In this document: piece after piece, positions 1 to 10,366 of the stretch
How positions within the stretch are numbered: position 1 is the stretch's first letter
Layout of the letters: each line of letters begins with the position of its first letter
Made by a program: the position numbers and the translations under genes
The notes under the pieces: generated by a model
Seen by the model: the letters and a program-made list of their open reading frames with translations, nothing else
The model's database searches: none
Told to the model about the DNA's origin: nothing
NCBI GenBank assembly: GCA_026416585.1
Contig: JAOAEV010000008.1
Location: 65,527-129,526, forward strand
Direction of reading: 5' to 3'
DNA from: Chlorobiota bacterium
GTDB lineage: Bacteria > Bacteroidota > Ignavibacteria > Kapaibacteriales > NICIL-2
Length of the DNA: 64,000 nucleotides

Positions 1-1478
1 GCCCCAAGCACATTTACTCGATCTATCAAAAAATGCAACGGCTCGGTGTTCCTATGAGTGAGCTGTATGACCTCCTTGCAGTACGCATCATACTCGACAC
101 CAACGAAAACAAGCATTGCTACACCGTTTACGGGATCGTTGCCGACATATACGAACCGATTGCCGATCGTTTCAAGGATTACATCGCTCGCCCAAAGAAA
201 AATTCGTATCAATCTCTCCACGCAGCATTCATCGGTCCTGATGGGAAGCGTATCGAGGTGCAAATCCGCACACGAGCGATGCACGAAATTGCCGAGCGTG
301 GTATCGCTGCACACTTTCGCTACAAAGAAAATCAAGGTAATGGGCGCGTTCCGTCGTGGTGGCACGACAAAGAACTCGAGGAGTGGGCAAACTGGGTTCG
401 TGACATCTTCGAAAACGCTGGTGACGAAGCACCTGAACAATTACTCGAATCATTCAAGCTCAATCTCTACCAGGACGAGATCTATGTATACACCCCACGA
501 AACGATTTGATCATCTTACCCCAAGGCGCCACACCGATAGACTTTGCATACGCCATCCACAGTGAGATCGGCAATCACTGCATCGGCGCGAAAGTCAATG
601 GCAAACTTGTGCCGCTCGATTATCAGCTCAAGACCGGCGATCAAGTTGAGATTCTAACCTCCAAAAATCAGCACCCCACCAAAGACTGGGAACGTATCTG
701 CATCACGCACAAAGCAAAATCGAACATTCGCAAGTACCTCAACGATGAAAAACGACGATTCGTAGAACAAGGCAAGCAGCTCTGGGAAAAACGACTCCGC
801 AAAGCACAAGCAGCACCGACACAAGAGCAATTCGACCGAATGCTCAACAAGCTGGGCATTCCCAATCCGAATGAGTTTTTCTACAAACTCGGGCTTGGCA
901 TTGTTAACGCAGATGTAGCGATTCAACTCGTCGGTGCCGACACCGATCGAGCCGAATCATCACCAAGCGTACCCGACGGCACAGCACATCAAGTTTCACT
1001 CGAGCGCCTCCGATCCGACAGTGGCGTTGTGCTCGATAGTGCACACCCACCGATTCCGAACCTGCTCTATCAGTATGCCCGCTGCTGTAACCCTGTTCCT
1101 GGCGACGACATCATTGGCATCATCACTATTGGAAGCGGGATAAAAGTCCACCGCCGCGACTGCCGCAACATTGCCGAAATGGGCGACACATTGCACGCAC
1201 GCATAGTCAACCTTTCATGGGCGCCTCATCAACGTGGTGAATACCTGGCAACACTTCGTGTCACTGGTGAAGACAGACCAGGCATGTTACACGACATAAC
1301 CAATGCCATTACCGGTTATCGTAATACGAACATTCGTAGCGTGAACATCGATGTATTCGGCAGCGACTTTGAGGGAATCATCACGCTCTACGTGCGTGAC
1401 CTAGAGCATCTCAACGAAATTTTCTCCCGAATCGGTCGAATCCGTGGCGTACGGTCAGTTGCACGTTTCAACGGGTAA
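1..1478 (+). CDS. (p)ppGpp synthetase/hydrolase RelA/SpoT, C-terminal portion (5'-truncated by window edge)
   Basis: Reading frame is open from base 3 with no upstream stop. It carries RelA/SpoT synthetase-domain motifs (EL/IYDLLAVRIIL, YQSLH), then a TGS region, and a C-terminal ACT-like region (GMLHDITNAI...). Bifunctional SpoT versus RelA cannot be decided without the N-terminus. Confidence 0.85.
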   Translation, partial: PKHIYSIYQKMQRLGVPMSELYDLLAVRIILDTNENKHCYTVYGIVADIYEPIADRFKDYIARPKKNSYQSLHAAFIGPDGKRIEVQIRTRAMHEIAERGIAAHFRYKENQGNGRVPSWWHDKELEEWANWVRDIFENAGDEAPEQLLESFKLNLYQDEIYVYTPRNDLIILPQGATPIDFAYAIHSEIGNHCIGAKVNGKLVPLDYQLKTGDQVEILTSKNQHPTKDWERICITHKAKSNIRKYLNDEKRRFVEQGKQLWEKRLRKAQAAPTQEQFDRMLNKLGIPNPNEFFYKLGLGIVNADVAIQLVGADTDRAESSPSVPDGTAHQVSLERLRSDSGVVLDSAHPPIPNLLYQYARCCNPVPGDDIIGIITIGSGIKVHRRDCRNIAEMGDTLHARIVNLSWAPHQRGEYLATLRVTGEDRPGMLHDITNAITGYRNTNIRSVNIDVFGSDFEGIITLYVRDLEHLNEIFSRIGRIRGVRSVARFNG

Positions 1479-1515
1479 TATATCAGCTGCCATCACAGTG
1501 GTGTATGGGGCAATC

Positions 1516-2055
1516 TCAGATACCCTCGTGTGTGCGAAGGATGTGTAAACAGGTCGCTAAATCTGGAACGATCGCAAAAGCAGTTGGCACATCATCAGGC
1601 GTGTATTCACCAACGAGGATGGCTCGCACACCAGCGGCGACACCTGCTTCAACATCGCTTGGCATATCACCGATCATCCAGGACTGTGCAGGATCGCCGT
1701 TCCATTTTGTCAATGCATTGAGCAACATTGTCGGGCGCGGCTTGCGACACTGCGCCTGGGGTGTTTCGAGCTCGGTGCAGTAGTACACATCATCGAATGT
1801 CTCTCCGCAGAAAGCGTGTAACTGTTCGTGCATCCATACGGTCAGCTGCGATAGCTCTTCTGCTGTCATAATCCCTTTTCCCACTCCCTGCTGATTCGAA
1901 ACGATGATCGCACGATAGCCACGTGACTTGACCCATTTAAAAAGCGCAAAGAAACCCTTGCAGAACACAAACTCCTCGGGCGAGCGAACGTAGTCGCCAA
2001 CGATACGTTCGTTGACAATCCCGTCGCGGTCGAAAAAAACGATTCGATCCACCAC
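1516..2055 (-). CDS. gmhB: D-glycero-D-manno-heptose 1,7-bisphosphate phosphatase (HAD family, GmhB-like)
   Basis: 179 aa. HAD motif I (FFDRDGIVN), motif II (VSNQ), a CxxC..C zinc site typical of GmhB/histidinol-phosphatase-like HAD, and GDxxSD. Confidence 0.75.
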   Translation of the reverse strand: MVDRIVFFDRDGIVNERIVGDYVRSPEEFVFCKGFFALFKWVKSRGYRAIIVSNQQGVGKGIMTAEELSQLTVWMHEQLHAFCGETFDDVYYCTELETPQAQCRKPRPTMLLNALTKWNGDPAQSWMIGDMPSDVEAGVAAGVRAILVGEYTPDDVPTAFAIVPDLATCLHILRTHEGI

Positions 2056-3083
2056 TACGCGCTGAATAGTGGCATCGTCGGATGCGGTGGCGCAAGCCCA
2101 AGATGCTTATACGCTAGTGGTGTAACCTCCCGACCGCGCGGTGTACGATTCAAAAATCCTTCCCGAATCAAGAATGGTTCGTACACTTCTTCAATCGTCC
2201 CAGCTTCTTCCCCGACAGCAACTGCGAGCGCGTTGAGCCCTACCGGACCACCGCTGAATTTGTCGATGATGGTCAACAGAATAGCCTTGTCCATCTCGTC
2301 GAGACCATGCTCGTCTACTTCGAGAGCTTCGAGCGTCATGAGCGCAATATCGCGGGTAATGATACCTGCGCCATGCACGTCGGCGAAATCACGTGTACGA
2401 CGAAGCAGACGATTTGCGATGCGTGGTGTACCACGTGAGCGTCGAGCAATTTCCATCGCAGCTTCTTCCTCCATCGGGACACCGAGTATCGAAGCTGATC
2501 GCATGACGATGTGGAATAGTTCTGCGGCGTCGTAGTAATCGAGCCTGTTGACGATACCAAATCGCGAGCGTAGCGGTGCACTAATCAGCCCTGCACGTGT
2601 AGTCGCACCGATTAGTGTAAAACGCGGTAATGAAATTTGAATCGAACGAGCAGCAGGTCCGCTGTCTATCATGATGTCAATACGGAAATCTTCCATGGCT
2701 GAGTACAGGTACTCCTCAACCACACGTGAGAGCGAATGAATCTCATCAATGAACAGAATGTCGCGCTCGTCGAGATTAGTCAGCAGGCCTGCCAGATCTC
2801 CAGGCTTTTCAAGCACAGGTCCACTTGTGATTTTGATATCACTCCCCATCTCGTTAGCAATGACATAGCTGAGTGTCGTCTTTCCCAAACCAGGCGGACC
2901 AATGAATAAAACATGGTCGAGTGCTTCCCCGCGTTTGCGTGCTGCAGCAATGTACACCCTCAAGTTATCGAGGATTTTTTGCTGTCCGCGGAACTCAGCA
3001 AATCGAGCTGGACGAAGCGATGTATCGAGCTCATCGTCTGGTGTTCGTTCTGGATTACGTATTGGCGACGTCGAGTGTGCCAT
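2055..3083 (-). CDS. ruvB: Holliday junction branch migration helicase RuvB
   Basis: 342 aa. AAA+ Walker A ([10 protein letters not shown]) and the RuvB-specific N- and C-terminal regions. It overlaps the gmhB start by 1 nt. Confidence 0.95.
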   Translation of the reverse strand: MAHSTSPIRNPERTPDDELDTSLRPARFAEFRGQQKILDNLRVYIAAARKRGEALDHVLFIGPPGLGKTTLSYVIANEMGSDIKITSGPVLEKPGDLAGLLTNLDERDILFIDEIHSLSRVVEEYLYSAMEDFRIDIMIDSGPAARSIQISLPRFTLIGATTRAGLISAPLRSRFGIVNRLDYYDAAELFHIVMRSASILGVPMEEEAAMEIARRSRGTPRIANRLLRRTRDFADVHGAGIITRDIALMTLEALEVDEHGLDEMDKAILLTIIDKFSGGPVGLNALAVAVGEEAGTIEEVYEPFLIREGFLNRTPRGREVTPLAYKHLGLAPPHPTMPLFSA

Positions 3084-3129
3084 TTGTCAACACCGACAAT
3101 AAATGTCCGCTACAAAGATAGTCGGATGC

Positions 3130-3888
3130 TTAGGGTAAAACATCCTCGCCGATCAGCTCAGCACGACGGAGATCACGATTGAGCTGCGCAATGTATCCGA
3201 CACTGATGCCCTTCGGGCACGCTGCTTCGCACTCATAGTGGTTGCTGCAATGACCGAAACCATCGGACTCCATCTGTTCGACCATCCGACGAACGCGACG
3301 ATACCGTTCCGGTTGCCCTTGTGGGAGCGATCCCAGATGTGCGATCTTCGCAGCGACAAAAAGCATCGCTGATGCATTCGGACAGGCAGCTACACATGCA
3401 CCACATCCAATACATGCGGCAGCATCGAATGCTCGATCTGCTGCGGGCTTGGGTACCGGAATTGCGTTCGCATCAGGGACACCACCAGTATGAGAACTGA
3501 TGTAACCACCGGCTGCGATAATTCGATCGAAAGCGCTGCGATCAACGATCAAATCTTTGAGCACCGGGAATGCCTTCGCTCGCCACGGCTCGATCCATAA
3601 CTCGTCACCATCGCAGAACATGCGCATGTGCAGCTGGCATGCCGTCGTGCGGTACCGCCCACCGTGTGGGCGACCGTTGATCACCATTCCGCACGAGCCA
3701 CAGATTCCCTCCCGGCAATCGTGCTCAAAGGCAACCGGTTCTTTCCCTTCGGCGATGAGCTGTTCATTGAGCACATCGAGCATTTCAAGAAAGCTCATGT
3801 GCTCATTGACGTTGTCGAGTGTGTACGTTTCAAATTTGCCCGTTACTGTCGGCCCGGCTTGACGCCAAATGTGCAAAGTCAGCTTCAT
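3130..3888 (-). CDS. sdhB: succinate dehydrogenase/fumarate reductase iron-sulfur subunit
   Basis: 252 aa with 2Fe-2S and two 4Fe-4S cysteine clusters (CxxxCGSC, CIGCGAC...CP, CxxxxxCEAACP). Confidence 0.9.
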   Translation of the reverse strand: MKLTLHIWRQAGPTVTGKFETYTLDNVNEHMSFLEMLDVLNEQLIAEGKEPVAFEHDCREGICGSCGMVINGRPHGGRYRTTACQLHMRMFCDGDELWIEPWRAKAFPVLKDLIVDRSAFDRIIAAGGYISSHTGGVPDANAIPVPKPAADRAFDAAACIGCGACVAACPNASAMLFVAAKIAHLGSLPQGQPERYRRVRRMVEQMESDGFGHCSNHYECEAACPKGISVGYIAQLNRDLRRAELIGEDVLP

Positions 3889-5801
3889 TACTTGTAGCTT
3901 CGGACGGTGAGTTTGACATTTTCGAATACAAGCGGCTCTTTGTGCAGTACCGGTTCAGAGTCTGGACCAGTGTATTCCCAGACAGCGACATACGCAAATT
4001 GATCATCGTTACGGAGCGCCTCGCCGTCCGGCGTTTGATATTCTTCGCGGAAGTGGCCACCACAGGATTCCTCACGGTGCGCAGCATCGCGGCACATCAG
4101 CTCGGCAAACTCCAGGAAATCTGCAACACGCCCAGCGTATTCAAGGTTTTGGTTGAGTTCTTCACCACTACCGGGCACAACAACATTTTCCCAGAATTCA
4201 GCGCGAAGTTCCGGAATGCGTTTCACGGCATATTTGAGCCCTTCGGCGGTACGCGACATGCCACAATAATCCCACATGAGTTTGCCAAGCTCTCGATGGA
4301 ATGACAGGGCTGTTCGCCGCCCTTTGCTCTTGAGCAGACGCTCGATACGTTCATGAGCCTGTTGTTCGGCTTCGTCGAACGCAGGATGATCTGTCGTTAC
4401 GTCCATCTTTGGATAGGACGTCAGGTAATACCCCAGCGTATAGGGAATGATGAAGTATCCATCCGCCAAGCCTTGCATGAGAGCGGACGCACCGAGTCGA
4501 TTTGCTCCGTGGTCAGAGAAGTTTGCCTCGCCGAGGACATGCAAGCCTGGTATTGTGCTCATGAGGTTGTAATCCACCCATAGACCACCCATCGTATAAT
4601 GTGGTGCAGGGTAAATACGCATTGGCACTTGGTACGGACTTTCGCCGGTGATGCGCTCATACATTTCGAACAAGTTACCGTACCGTTGCTCGATGACATC
4701 CCGTCCGAGCCGTTTTATCGCATCGGAGAAATCAAGGTACACGCCCAACCCACCAGGACCGACGCCACGACCTTCGTCGCAGACTCGCTTGGCTGCACGC
4801 GAGGCGATGTCACGTGGACTCAAATTGCCGTAGCTTGGATAGAGTCGTTCAAGGTAATAGTCACGCTCACTCTCTGGAATTTCATTGGGCGGACGTTGAT
4901 CCCCGAGCTGTTTCGGCACCCAGATACGCCCGTCGTTCCGAAGAGATTCGCTCATCAATGTTAGCTTAGACTGATAATCACCACTTGGTGGTATGCACGT
5001 GGGGTGAATTTGTGTAAAGCACGGGTTGGCGAAACCTGCACCGCGCTTGTATGCACGGTATGTTGCTGTCACATTCGAGTTCTTCGCATTCGTTGAGAGG
5101 AAGAACACGTTACTATAACCACCTGTGCAGAGGAGAACCGCATCGCCAACGTGGCGACGAATTTCGCCTGTGACCAAGTTACGTGAGATGATTCCTTTCG
5201 CATGACCATCAATGACCACCAAGTCAAGCATTTCTTCACGGGTCCAGAGCGTAATCCGGCGAGCATCCACCATTCGCATCAATGCTTGGTAGGCGCCAAG
5301 TAGAAGTTGCTGTCCTGTTTGCCCCTTTGCGTAGAAAGTCCGCGATACAAGTGCCCCACCGAAGGAACGATTGTCTAGGTAGCCACTATACTCACGTGCG
5401 AAGGGGACACCCTGTGCGACACATTGATCAATAATATTCGTACTCACCTCTGCCAGGCGGTACACGTTTGCTTCACGTGAGCGGAAATCGCCACCTTTGA
5501 TCGTATCGTAAAAAAGCCTCCACGCACTGTCACCATCATTGGGATAGTTTTTTGCTGCGTTGATACCACCTTGTGCAGCGATCGAGTGTGCACGACGAGG
5601 CGAGTCATGATACGTAAACACGTGTACGTTGTATCCCAGCTCTGCCAAAGTCGCCGCAGCCGACGCACCTGCGAGCCCAGTACCAACGATAAGAATTTTG
5701 AACTTACGCTTATTTGCTGGGCTAACGAGCCTGACATCGCTGCGGTATCGCGTCCATTTTTCTTCGAGCGGACCAGATGGAATTTTCGCGTCAAGTTTCA
5801 T
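3888..5801 (-). CDS. sdhA: succinate dehydrogenase/fumarate reductase flavoprotein subunit
   Basis: 637 aa. FAD-binding [10 protein letters not shown], the HSxAAQGG covalent-FAD histidine motif, and a long-type C-terminal domain. Confidence 0.92.
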   Translation of the reverse strand: MKLDAKIPSGPLEEKWTRYRSDVRLVSPANKRKFKILIVGTGLAGASAAATLAELGYNVHVFTYHDSPRRAHSIAAQGGINAAKNYPNDGDSAWRLFYDTIKGGDFRSREANVYRLAEVSTNIIDQCVAQGVPFAREYSGYLDNRSFGGALVSRTFYAKGQTGQQLLLGAYQALMRMVDARRITLWTREEMLDLVVIDGHAKGIISRNLVTGEIRRHVGDAVLLCTGGYSNVFFLSTNAKNSNVTATYRAYKRGAGFANPCFTQIHPTCIPPSGDYQSKLTLMSESLRNDGRIWVPKQLGDQRPPNEIPESERDYYLERLYPSYGNLSPRDIASRAAKRVCDEGRGVGPGGLGVYLDFSDAIKRLGRDVIEQRYGNLFEMYERITGESPYQVPMRIYPAPHYTMGGLWVDYNLMSTIPGLHVLGEANFSDHGANRLGASALMQGLADGYFIIPYTLGYYLTSYPKMDVTTDHPAFDEAEQQAHERIERLLKSKGRRTALSFHRELGKLMWDYCGMSRTAEGLKYAVKRIPELRAEFWENVVVPGSGEELNQNLEYAGRVADFLEFAELMCRDAAHREESCGGHFREEYQTPDGEALRNDDQFAYVAVWEYTGPDSEPVLHKEPLVFENVKLTVRSYK

Positions 5802-5833
5802 TGTAGGTGTCGTACGGACGTGTGAAACTGTCT

Positions 5834-6556
5834 CTACGAAAGCGGTTCGAGAACGTGGGCTAACGCTGCTAATGGAATTGACACATATCCAATCCAGAGC
5901 ACAACTGCCAGCACTAAACTGGCTTTACGAATCGGTTGGATATAGCGTTGATGATAGATGCCGAGCGTCTGAAGCGCACTTTGAATTGCATGTACCAAGT
6001 GGATCATCACAAAAGTGACGGCAACAATGTATAGCGCAGATACCCACCATTCTTGGAAGCTCCGCACAACCATTGAATACACATCGTGTACTGGACCCCG
6101 ACCATCGAGGAAGTACGTTGCGGCGTAGTACTGTGGGTAAATCCTGCCCCACGTAAAATGCGCCAGATGAAATGCAACATAACTGAAAATGACCAAACCC
6201 GAAAGAAGCATCGTTCGGGAAGCAAAGGTTGATGCTTCGTATTGCTGACGCGTATAACTAATTGGGCGTGCGGCCGCCGACAACGAGCGCAATTGAATCG
6301 TAAAGTACACGTGCAAAACCAAGCTGATCAATAACACAAGCCGTGCTGCCCACAATAACGCCCCTACATCGCGCAATCCAACAGCATACTTATTGATAGC
6401 TTCCGGACCAGCAAACACGAGCAAATTGCCGCTCAAGTGTGCTATGAGAAAAAGCACCATCACCAGTCCTGTCGTCGCAACAATCGCTTTTTGCATCACT
6501 GTCGTTCGAAAAACCGATCCGAGGCTCATAATGCAAAGAATTGTATGTCCAAGCAT
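5834..6556 (-). CDS. sdhC: succinate dehydrogenase/fumarate reductase cytochrome b subunit (Bacteroidetes/Chlorobi FrdC-type)
   Basis: About 5 TM helices with conserved His residues, lying upstream of the flavoprotein and Fe-S subunits. The true start is probably an internal Met (MQKAIV...). Confidence 0.75.
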   Translation of the reverse strand: MLGHTILCIMSLGSVFRTTVMQKAIVATTGLVMVLFLIAHLSGNLLVFAGPEAINKYAVGLRDVGALLWAARLVLLISLVLHVYFTIQLRSLSAAARPISYTRQQYEASTFASRTMLLSGLVIFSYVAFHLAHFTWGRIYPQYYAATYFLDGRGPVHDVYSMVVRSFQEWWVSALYIVAVTFVMIHLVHAIQSALQTLGIYHQRYIQPIRKASLVLAVVLWIGYVSIPLAALAHVLEPLS

Positions 6557-6664
6557 CGAAACAACTCGCCCGCAAGGAGCGTTCCAAAATTACGGATATG
6601 TTCTAATGGGATGTGCGATGGTATGTTTGTACTTGTGTAATAATCACAAATCGATTCTGTTGCT
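6557..6664. promoter_or_regulatory. divergent promoter region between sdhCAB (-) and an outer-membrane-protein gene (+)
   Basis: A 108-bp AT-richer intergenic region between divergently transcribed genes. No motif could be assigned with confidence. Confidence 0.3.
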
Positions 6665-7405
6665 ATGTTTACTCGTGTATCCATCGCAATCGCTTTTGTG
6701 ACACTAACGGCGATTAGTCAAATCCCGCAACGCACGCTTCGACCAGCGGACGAAGCGATACAGCAATCAGTAGTCAGAACGGAACCTTCATATCAGGTTT
6801 CCATCGGTGCGTACCTTGCTGCTAAGGTTGGTATCAATACCACCGTCGCCAGAGGGCGGAAAACCGATATCAACTTCAATACGTTGCCTGACTTTGGCGT
6901 TTCGATATTTGCTCCCTTTCAAACTGGTAGCCGCATTGGTGCGGGACTTGATCTTGGTTATGCAACATACACCTACGTCAACAAACCCGAAAGTAATGTC
7001 ACCGACGATAACACAATCATTGAACGATACAGCTACCTTAACCTTTTTCCTCATCTGAATCTGAGCGGAGTTATAGTCGGCGTCAATCTTGGTTTTTCAC
7101 CAAAAGGTCGAGCAGAAACCCGGAGTGGCCGCCAGGTCAGCGTTGTGACAAATGGAAAGACTGAACTTAGTAGCGACGAACTCGGAACACTCGTCGAAGC
7201 TCGCATTGGTGGTAATTTCTCTATCTGGGAAAATCCAATTGGACATCTTAACCTTTACGTTATGGCAGGGTATGTAGTCAGCGGCTTGTACACGGACTAC
7301 CAAACGTACATTTACAGCCGCGATAATTATGCTGACAACAATCCAAAACCTGCCTCGTTAGCTTTAGGATTAGCATACTATTTCCGTGTCCCGCAGGTCA
7401 AGTAG
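6665..7405 (+). CDS. hypothetical outer-membrane beta-barrel protein (signal peptide)
   Basis: 246 aa. N-terminal signal peptide, alternating hydrophobic beta-strand pattern, aromatic C-terminus (YYFRVPQVK). Confidence 0.5.
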   Translation: MFTRVSIAIAFVTLTAISQIPQRTLRPADEAIQQSVVRTEPSYQVSIGAYLAAKVGINTTVARGRKTDINFNTLPDFGVSIFAPFQTGSRIGAGLDLGYATYTYVNKPESNVTDDNTIIERYSYLNLFPHLNLSGVIVGVNLGFSPKGRAETRSGRQVSVVTNGKTELSSDELGTLVEARIGGNFSIWENPIGHLNLYVMAGYVVSGLYTDYQTYIYSRDNYADNNPKPASLALGLAYYFRVPQVK

Positions 7406-8852
7406 CAGTGCGGCGACGCCAGAGGTAGTACACCGGTATTCCGGCAAGAACGATAATTAAGCCGGGATAGGTATAGTTGGGTTTTTCCACCAGTAGCACA
7501 GCGCAGATAAATGCGGATGCGGCAATGTAGAGTGCCGGGAGCACGGGATATCCGATTGCTTTAATCGGACGGGGAAGCCGGGGTTTTCTCCATCGGAGAA
7601 TAAAAATCCCTACAACAGTCAAGACGTAAAACAGCAACACAGCAAACACAACATAGTCGAGCAAGTCACTATATCGCCCCGACAGGCACAGAATACCCGC
7701 CCAAATACCTTGTACCCACAATGCAGCAGCCGGTGCGCCATACTTATTGAGTCGTCCGACACTTGCGAAAAACAGTCCATCATGCGCCATTGCATAGTAG
7801 CATCGTGCACCAGCTAATATCATCCCGTTGTTACAACCGAACGTCGATATCATGATAAGCACAGCCATCAACAGTGCACCAACACCCGGGAACATCACCT
7901 CGGCGGCAGCAGCTCCCACACGGTCAGCTACTGCGAATTGAATCCCCTGCTCAAATGGTGTCGTCCCATTGGGTATCCCACGAACTGGCAACGTTACAAT
8001 GTACGCTGTATTGACAAGCAAGTAGAGCACTGTTACCATTATCGTGCCGAGCGTAAGTGCAAGTGGAATGGTTTTCTGTGGGCGAACAACCTCCCCAGCA
8101 GCAAAGGTGATGTTGTTCCAACCATCGCTGGAAAAAAGCGACCCGACTTGTGCCACTGCTAAGGCGACAATGAGTCCCATTCCGCTCAGGATCGTCACTA
8201 TAACACTTCCATCGGCGCTAATCTGCACTGATTGTGCATCCCACAGCGTCGCCAAATTCAGCTCAATGGCGCGGTGATTGTAGCCGACAAATGCCAAAAC
8301 AATCAAGGCGATCAGCGAACCGATTTTGCCAAACGTAAATGCATTCTGCACAAGTGTGCCAATACGAATCCCACGCGTATTGATCCATGTCAGCCCAATA
8401 ATGACTGTGATCGCCAATACATGTGCCATGTTGACGGTGACGTTCCCCATGTGCACCAACACGTTCGTTTCGCTAAACACCGGGAATAAGACCGCCGTAA
8501 ACTTGGCAAAGGCAACCCCAACAGCGGCAATCGAACCCGTTTGGATAACCAAGAAGAACGTCCATCCATAAAGAAATGCAACAAGCGGTCCATAGGATTC
8601 GCGCAAGTACACATACTGGCCGCCCGCTTGAGGGAACATCCCTGCCAGTTCACCGTAGCTGAGTGCACCAATCAGCGTGACAACTCCCGTAATCGCCCAC
8701 ACAACCAGCAGCCATCCTGCCGAGCCAACCGTTCGCGCAATGTCGGCACTGACGATAAAGATCCCCGAGCCGATCATAATGCCCACGACGACCATCGTGG
8801 CATCAAGCAGTGTCACAGTGCGACGGAACTCACCATCTCTCTGTTGGTGCAT
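7398..8852 (-). CDS. APC-family amino acid permease
   Basis: 484 aa, about 12 TM helices, APC signature regions. Confidence 0.8.
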   Translation of the reverse strand: MHQQRDGEFRRTVTLLDATMVVVGIMIGSGIFIVSADIARTVGSAGWLLVVWAITGVVTLIGALSYGELAGMFPQAGGQYVYLRESYGPLVAFLYGWTFFLVIQTGSIAAVGVAFAKFTAVLFPVFSETNVLVHMGNVTVNMAHVLAITVIIGLTWINTRGIRIGTLVQNAFTFGKIGSLIALIVLAFVGYNHRAIELNLATLWDAQSVQISADGSVIVTILSGMGLIVALAVAQVGSLFSSDGWNNITFAAGEVVRPQKTIPLALTLGTIMVTVLYLLVNTAYIVTLPVRGIPNGTTPFEQGIQFAVADRVGAAAAEVMFPGVGALLMAVLIMISTFGCNNGMILAGARCYYAMAHDGLFFASVGRLNKYGAPAAALWVQGIWAGILCLSGRYSDLLDYVVFAVLLFYVLTVVGIFILRWRKPRLPRPIKAIGYPVLPALYIAASAFICAVLLVEKPNYTYPGLIIVLAGIPVYYLWRRRTAT

Positions 8853-8866
8853 ACATGCCTCCCACG

Positions 8867-10366
8867 TTAAGTGTTACTCAGTGCAGACTTACGGAGCAAA
8901 CTTCGCTTTGCGCCGTAGCTGAAATAAATCGCAAGCCCCATTGCCATCCACACAACCAGTCGCAGCCATGTGTCCCACGGTAAACCGTACATCATGAACG
9001 CACACGTCACTACACCCATAATAGGAACAAATGGTACCCATGGAGTTCGGAATGCCCGTGACACATTCGGCTGAGTATAACGTAAAATGAGTACACCGAG
9101 ACTGACCAAGATAAACGCAAAGAGTGTTCCGATGCTGGTCATTTCGCCAACAATCGTAATGGGCAAAAAACCTGCTAATGCACCAACGAATACCGCAAAG
9201 AGCGCATTCGATTTCCACGGTGTACGGAATCGTGGATGAATGTCCGAGAACACTTTCGGAAGTAGCCCATCTTTCGAAATTGAGTAGAATACGCGCGATT
9301 GACCGAGGAGCATTACCAAAATCACCGACGTAAAACCCGCAAGAATTGCGATGATTATCGCCTGTTGTAGCCACAAATACGGGGTTTTCGCTATCGCCCG
9401 TGCAACAGGTGCCGCTTCGCCAACAAAGTTTTTGTAACTCTCCAACCCTGTCATCACATGAGCAAAAAGGACGTACAGCACTGTGCAAATTGCCAGCGAT
9501 CCTATAATCCCGATTGGCATATCTTTTTGCGGATTTCGGGCTTCCTGCGCTGCAGTCGAAACGGCATCAAAACCGATGAATGCAAAAAACACAATTGCCG
9601 CACCTGTCAATATCCCTGACCATCCGAATTGCCCAAATACCCCCGTATTCGGCGGAATGTACGGGACATAATTAGCTGGATCAATGTACTGCCATCCCAG
9701 CACAATGAATGTAACAACTACTCCTACCTTCAATGCAACGATAATTGCATTGAACGTTGCTGATTCTCGGGTACCACGCATCAGAAGCAGTGAGATAATC
9801 GCGATTACAAACAACGCCGGAAGGTTGACTACACCGTGGATGATAGTACCATCTGGCATGGTCTGATGCTCGAATGGCGACATCATCACTACAGCGGGCA
9901 GTTGCACACCGAAGCTATCGAGCAGCTTCGAAAAGTATCGGGACCAGCTCACGGCAACTGTGGCAGCCCCAACAGCATACTCAAGCACTAAATCCCAACC
10001 GATAATCCATGCCATCAGCTCGCCCATCGTGGCGTATGAGTACGTGTAGGCGCTTCCTGCAATCGGTATCATCGAAGCAAACTCAGCGTAGCATAATGCA
10101 GCAAAGGCGCAACCAATCCCTGCCAATACATACGACAGCGTCACTGCAGGACCTGCATGGTGTGCTGCAGCAATTCCTGTCAGCGAAAACAATCCTGCGC
10201 CAATTATCGCGCCGATTCCGAGTAACACCAAATTGAAAGCACCCAGCGTGCGCTTGAGAGTGTGTGCCTCACCAATTCCTGACGCTTCTTGTTGAAGCTG
10301 CTCAACAGACTTTTTGACAAAGAGGAGATTGGGCATAAAGCCTCCGCTCAACACATTGTGAAACAA
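8867..10366 (-). CDS. APC-family amino acid permease (cationic amino acid transporter-like)
   Basis: 499 aa, about 12-14 TM helices. It is a paralog of the adjacent permease. Confidence 0.8.
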   Translation of the reverse strand: MFHNVLSGGFMPNLLFVKKSVEQLQQEASGIGEAHTLKRTLGAFNLVLLGIGAIIGAGLFSLTGIAAAHHAGPAVTLSYVLAGIGCAFAALCYAEFASMIPIAGSAYTYSYATMGELMAWIIGWDLVLEYAVGAATVAVSWSRYFSKLLDSFGVQLPAVVMMSPFEHQTMPDGTIIHGVVNLPALFVIAIISLLLMRGTRESATFNAIIVALKVGVVVTFIVLGWQYIDPANYVPYIPPNTGVFGQFGWSGILTGAAIVFFAFIGFDAVSTAAQEARNPQKDMPIGIIGSLAICTVLYVLFAHVMTGLESYKNFVGEAAPVARAIAKTPYLWLQQAIIIAILAGFTSVILVMLLGQSRVFYSISKDGLLPKVFSDIHPRFRTPWKSNALFAVFVGALAGFLPITIVGEMTSIGTLFAFILVSLGVLILRYTQPNVSRAFRTPWVPFVPIMGVVTCAFMMYGLPWDTWLRLVVWMAMGLAIYFSYGAKRSLLRKSALSNT